Source: a virus (Duplodnaviria > Caudoviricetes). Taken from it: a stretch of DNA of 64,000 nucleotides. Below are positions 61,369-64,000 of this stretch, piece after piece (within the stretch, counting starts at the first letter, position 1; every line of letters begins with the position of its first letter). The notes below the pieces were generated by a model. The model did not search any database. It had not been told where the DNA came from and was given only the letters and a program-made list of their open reading frames with translations. The stretch is from the IMG/VR virus record IMGVR_UViG_3300043427_000994; one strand, given 5' to 3'. The position numbers and the translations under genes were made by a program.

Positions 61369-61474
61369 TGGTGTGACCGGGAGGATTTGAACCTCCAAAG
61401 ACGGCATATCGCCTAGTCCCGACCTACCAACGCTTCCCAGCGGAGTAGAGCTTTGCCAATTTGCTCACGGTCAC
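61369..61474 (-). ncRNA. 106-nt tRNA-like RNA with non-canonical anticodon arm
   Basis: Perfect acceptor GTGACCG/CGGTCAC-A-CCA, D-arm GAGC-AAATTGGCAAA-GCTC, T-arm GGAGG-TTCAAAT-CCTCC; the 51-nt middle has two hairpins and no 7-nt anticodon loop on a 5-bp stem. Confidence 0.75.
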
Positions 61475-61480
61475 AGTATA

Positions 61481-61509
61481 ATTATATGACCTTTTCAAAT
61501 TGTTGTCAA
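61481..61509 (-). promoter_or_regulatory. sigma70-type promoter for the tRNA-like RNA / tRNA-Arg unit
   Basis: TTGACA (61504-61509) N17 TATAAT (61481-61486), 6 nt upstream of the RNA 5' end. Confidence 0.88.
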
Positions 61510-61946
61510 GTGACTATTAGATATTCGTAGTTTACAGTTGTTTCATTTTCCTGTAGTTCAAACGCACCGTTTTTTAAATGGAATTTTTTAGCCATTTCGG
61601 TTTTTGGACTAAGGGTAACAAATCGAGTTATAGTTGGAAACTCGTTTTTGATTGCTTCAACTACGCTGAAAAGTAGTTCTGCGGCTGCTCCTGGCGCATA
61701 ACTCCAAATAGTATAGAAAATAGCAGTTGTTGGTTGTTGTGGTGATTTTGATAAATCTTCTACAGAAGTTGGAACAAAGTCGTGTAAACTTACACAAACC
61801 ATGGCTTTAACTTTATTTTCTTCTACTGTAGATGCTACAAATTTATATGCTCCAACTCTTTGTTCTTTGGGAATCTCAGGACGTACTGGATCATCCTTGA
61901 TTAGCTCAAGTAGTGGGTCAGTGAGGTCTTGGATTAATCTTAGCAT
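61506..61946 (-). CDS. GNAT-fold protein resembling the malonyl-CoA decarboxylase catalytic domain
   Basis: TAIFYTIWS...VV..IK.EFP.I.RFVTLSP resembles MCD TAIFYSIS...VV..L..E.P....F.TLSP. Confidence 0.55.
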   Translation of the reverse strand: MLRLIQDLTDPLLELIKDDPVRPEIPKEQRVGAYKFVASTVEENKVKAMVCVSLHDFVPTSVEDLSKSPQQPTTAIFYTIWSYAPGAAAELLFSVVEAIKNEFPTITRFVTLSPKTEMAKKFHLKNGAFELQENETTVNYEYLIVT

Positions 61947-61989
61947 ATTATTATTTATCATTTACTGCGTATATTTCTATGTTTAACAT

Positions 61990-62229
61990 TAGTAAGGGGT
62001 CTAGAAAGATTTGGTTTGTCTAGCTCGACGGGCCACCGGAAGTTTTACAGTCCTCCCTTTCATAGTACAGCCTAACATGGGATCCAACAACACTCAACCT
62101 ACTTCTCCTGTAATGAGCAAGGTCATTTTGTATTTTTGTAAGGAATTTATAATTCCGATTATTTCAATTTTCCGAATTGAAATAGCCTCTTGTTAGATTA
62201 CAATCATTAGATCATGTGACCCCTTACCA
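61990..62229 (-). ncRNA. candidate ~240-nt structured ncRNA
   Basis: 12-bp closing helix TGGTAAGGGGTC/GACCCCTTACTA (one G-U on the minus strand); internal 10-bp and 6-bp hairpins. Confidence 0.5.
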
Positions 62230-62239
62230 ATGCCAAAAA

Positions 62240-62458
62240 TTAATGATTTTTACGGATATACTTTTTAAGATATTCAGACTTATCTATTTTGTTTTCTTCA
62301 ATTTCCCTTAGTGCTAGAACAGTGGGGGTATTGTCGCTTTTATCGATCAACGGAGCACTACCGTTTTTAATTTCTCTAGCACGTTGCGACGCTACTAAAA
62401 CTAAATCAAATCTATTTCCAACAACTTCGGCTGCTTTTTGTGCGGTAATTTTAGCCAC
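62240..62458 (-). CDS. rpoZ: RNA polymerase omega subunit homolog (copy 1)
   Basis: GTG start at 62458 with SD AAGGA; (M)[28 protein letters not shown]...TVLALREIE. Confidence 0.9.
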   Translation of the reverse strand: MAKITAQKAAEVVGNRFDLVLVASQRAREIKNGSAPLIDKSDNTPTVLALREIEENKIDKSEYLKKYIRKNH

Positions 62459-62569
62459 GATTTTGTCCTTATAATAAAACGAAGAGAGAAAGGCAAGTAA
62501 TAGACTGGACAATATACAAACGAGATAGTGTTTTATTACATCTCTCTTACAAGCCACAAGGGTCAACGC

Positions 62570-62775
62570 ACAGGGGCTCGTGTATTTCCAGTTAGCAAAT
62601 CACAAAGTCGATTAGATAATATAGACTGGCTCATACAAGCACGAACAGTTTTCAAGGCTGTTTGCTGGAGTAAGTTCATTTGATCTTTATAAGAGATCAA
62701 ACACTATGGCATGTAGCCATAGTTGGTCTATCCTCATCTCCTTCTCTACTACGACTAGTTTTAATAAACTAGTAA
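62570..62775 (-). ncRNA. multi-hairpin non-coding segment between tRNA(CAU) and rpoZ copy 1
   Basis: Hairpins actagttt/aaactagt, ctatggc/gccatag, tttgatct/agatcaaa, aacag/ctgtt, ccagt/actgg. Confidence 0.4.
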
Positions 62776-62778
62776 AAC

Positions 62779-62852
62779 TGGTTGCGGGACCCGGAATCGA
62801 ACCAGGAACTAGAGCTTATGAGACTCTCGAGATGCCGTTTCTCTATCCCGCG
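62779..62852 (-). tRNA. tRNA-Met(CAU), initiator-like (C1:A72, A11:U24)
   Basis: CGCGGGA/TCCCGCA-A-CCA, D-stem GAGA/TCTC, loop CT-CAT-AA, T-arm CCTGG-TTCGATT-CCGGG. Confidence 0.9.
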
Positions 62853-62856
62853 ATAA

Positions 62857-63023
62857 CTTTAGTTGATAGTACTCGCCGTCTATGACAACGTGTCTATTTA
62901 GGAGTCCGGTGCTTCCGTTCCACAGCATCTAACAACAGTTATTTCAGACCTAGTAACATGCCATACTATGTCGCGTAGTATATGCGTCCATATACGATAC
63001 CTGTCGAGTGCTATCAACTAAAG
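62857..63023 (+). ncRNA. candidate 167-nt structured RNA closed by a 19-bp helix
   Basis: ctttagttgatagtactcg (62857-62875) / cgagtgctatcaactaaag (63005-63023); three helices give G-U on the plus strand but A-C on the minus strand. Confidence 0.5.
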
Positions 63024-63222
63024 TGTCTAGCCACGGTTCCCTGTCCGCCCTAGACTGAGTTGTTACCCTGTCCACTGTATTTTGCTTCTGGTGCCGTTAC
63101 AGTTCGTACCTAGGATTTTTCAAGTCGCTCCTAAAGAGAGCCTTGCGGTAGATCCTACACACCGTACCTTCTATCGCTTGGTAATGGCGCACTTTCTTCC
63201 TGAAAAGTGTAACAGGGGTCTG
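63024..63222 (-). ncRNA. candidate ornate structured RNA domain
   Basis: Minus-strand pairs TGTAACAG/CTGTTACA, CACTTT/AAAGTG, TAGGAT/ATCCTA, GCTC/GAGC, ACTGTA/TACAGT, GTCTAG/CTAGAC; more GC-rich than the flanking genes. Confidence 0.5.
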
Positions 63223-63795
63223 TTACAGTAAGCCTTCTGCCTGCAGGGTAGCCACTGTGTCATCAGCCAGAGGAATCTCTGTCTTGATGTTAAGCTCAAG
63301 AACCTCATCGTTGATCTTTTGCTTGGACTTCTTCAAGCTAAGGATTTCTCCTTTGGCCTGATCGATCTGTTCTTTACTGACCACAGTAGTACTCACTGTG
63401 TCACCGTAGCCGTAGATACGACTACGAGCTTCGTCCTTGAGACTTTTGATTTTCTCAAGTTTACCTTTAATCACTTCGAGATCAGTAAAAGGTTTTAGAT
63501 CAGATAACTGTTCTAGTTGACCAATACGTTTATCGATAAATGCTGCTTTGGCCAAGGCAGTATCAATGCCGCTGGCCGCATTAGCTGTACCAACTAAGGC
63601 TCGAATGTTATACAGAGCCATTGTTAGTTTTTGACGACGAGCATCTGCAGCGAACAGTGCTTCGTTGGCTTTGGTTAGTTCAATTCCGGGATCCTGGAAC
63701 TCGTTGAGTTCGACTGTGGTGTCGAACTTGATATTCTTTACTGCATCGTTGATGCTGTTCTGGATGGTGTTGGCTTTCCTCAGAGTGATATTCAT
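63223..63795 (-). CDS. helical/coiled-coil hypothetical protein
   Basis: Start corrected to MNITLRKA (63795), ATGA-coupled to the upstream omega copy 2. Confidence 0.75.
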   Translation of the reverse strand: MNITLRKANTIQNSINDAVKNIKFDTTVELNEFQDPGIELTKANEALFAADARRQKLTMALYNIRALVGTANAASGIDTALAKAAFIDKRIGQLEQLSDLKPFTDLEVIKGKLEKIKSLKDEARSRIYGYGDTVSTTVVSKEQIDQAKGEILSLKKSKQKINDEVLELNIKTEIPLADDTVATLQAEGLL

Positions 63796-64000
63796 TCCCA
63801 TTTCGATTTTTCCTTTTTCTTCAATTTAGTTAGATATTCTGATTTGGTATACTTGCCTTGTTCAATCTCTCTTAGAGCTGTAATAGTAGGTGATGCATCT
63901 TTTCCATCTACTCGTTGAATTGATCCGTTCTTTAATTCTCTAGCTCTCTGACTGGCAACTAAGACTAGATCAAATCTGTTACCAATTTGATTTACTGCTT
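63792..64000 (-). CDS. rpoZ: RNA polymerase omega subunit homolog (copy 2; 5' end outside the window; not in ORF track)
   Basis: Manual translation: [68 protein letters not shown]; stop TGA at 63792-63794. Confidence 0.9.
   Translation of the reverse strand, partial: AVNQIGNRFDLVLVASQRARELKNGSIQRVDGKDASPTITALREIEQGKYTKSEYLTKLKKKEKSKWE

Noticed and set aside
61990-62229. tmRNA
   Set aside because: The GGGGTC/GACCCC ends are suggestive, but there is no T-arm with TTCRA and no CCA end on the favoured strand, and no convincing tag reading frame.
933-62474. Many antisense or nested ORFs in the track (e.g. 933-1409, 21850-22548, 41889-42515, 52773-53132, 54395-55205)
   Set aside because: They lie opposite or inside well-supported genes, lack SDs and motifs, and reflect codon bias or repeats of the real gene.
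62459-62566. N-terminal extension of omega-1 given in the ORF track
   Set aside because: Omega homology begins at GTG 62458, which has a good SD; the extension has no support.
62687-62737. 16-aa leader peptide MRIDQLWLHAIVFDLL
   Set aside because: The SD-like AGGAG abuts the ATG with no spacer and the ORF runs through strong hairpins; more likely incidental.
1-64000. Stop-codon reassignment (alternative genetic code)
   Set aside because: Long conserved genes are intact in the standard code and no suppressor tRNA was seen.

Overview
AT-rich, gene-dense 64 kb segment of a large lytic myovirus (jumbo/huge phage with T4-like features). Almost all genes are on the minus strand and use the standard genetic code. 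Spanins, a 7Fe ferredoxin and an E. coli-like RpoZ point to a proteobacterial host. From left to right: (1) a late cluster of enzymes, several with T4 internal-protein-like N-termini; (2) ClpA, peptide deformylase and a DnaJ-class protein; (3) a complete lysis cassette (GH19 endolysin, i-spanin, o-spanin, holin); (4) PhoH and nucleotide/replication genes, including a DnaE fragment that stops just before the catalytic aspartates; (5) baseplate/tail genes, including a ~3090-aa protein; (6) UvsE, and QueD with a pseudoknot-like leader; (7) an inverted adhesin module; (8) early genes (ClpP, DNA ligase, IF-1, phosphoesterases, kinase), an S8 protease and a collagen fibre; (9) an RNA-rich island at 61.3-64 kb. 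Two promoter classes are readable: near-perfect sigma70 TTGACA-N17-TATAAT and a T4-late-like TAAATA motif. The island is the most unusual part. It holds two paralogous RNA polymerase omega (RpoZ) genes, the second missing from the ORF track because it is cut by the window edge. These are interleaved with several highly base-paired non-coding segments, a 106-nt tRNA-like RNA with no canonical anticodon arm, a hybrid initiator/elongator tRNA(CAU) and a degenerate tRNA-Arg(CCU). All family assignments come from motif recognition by eye; no database search was run.
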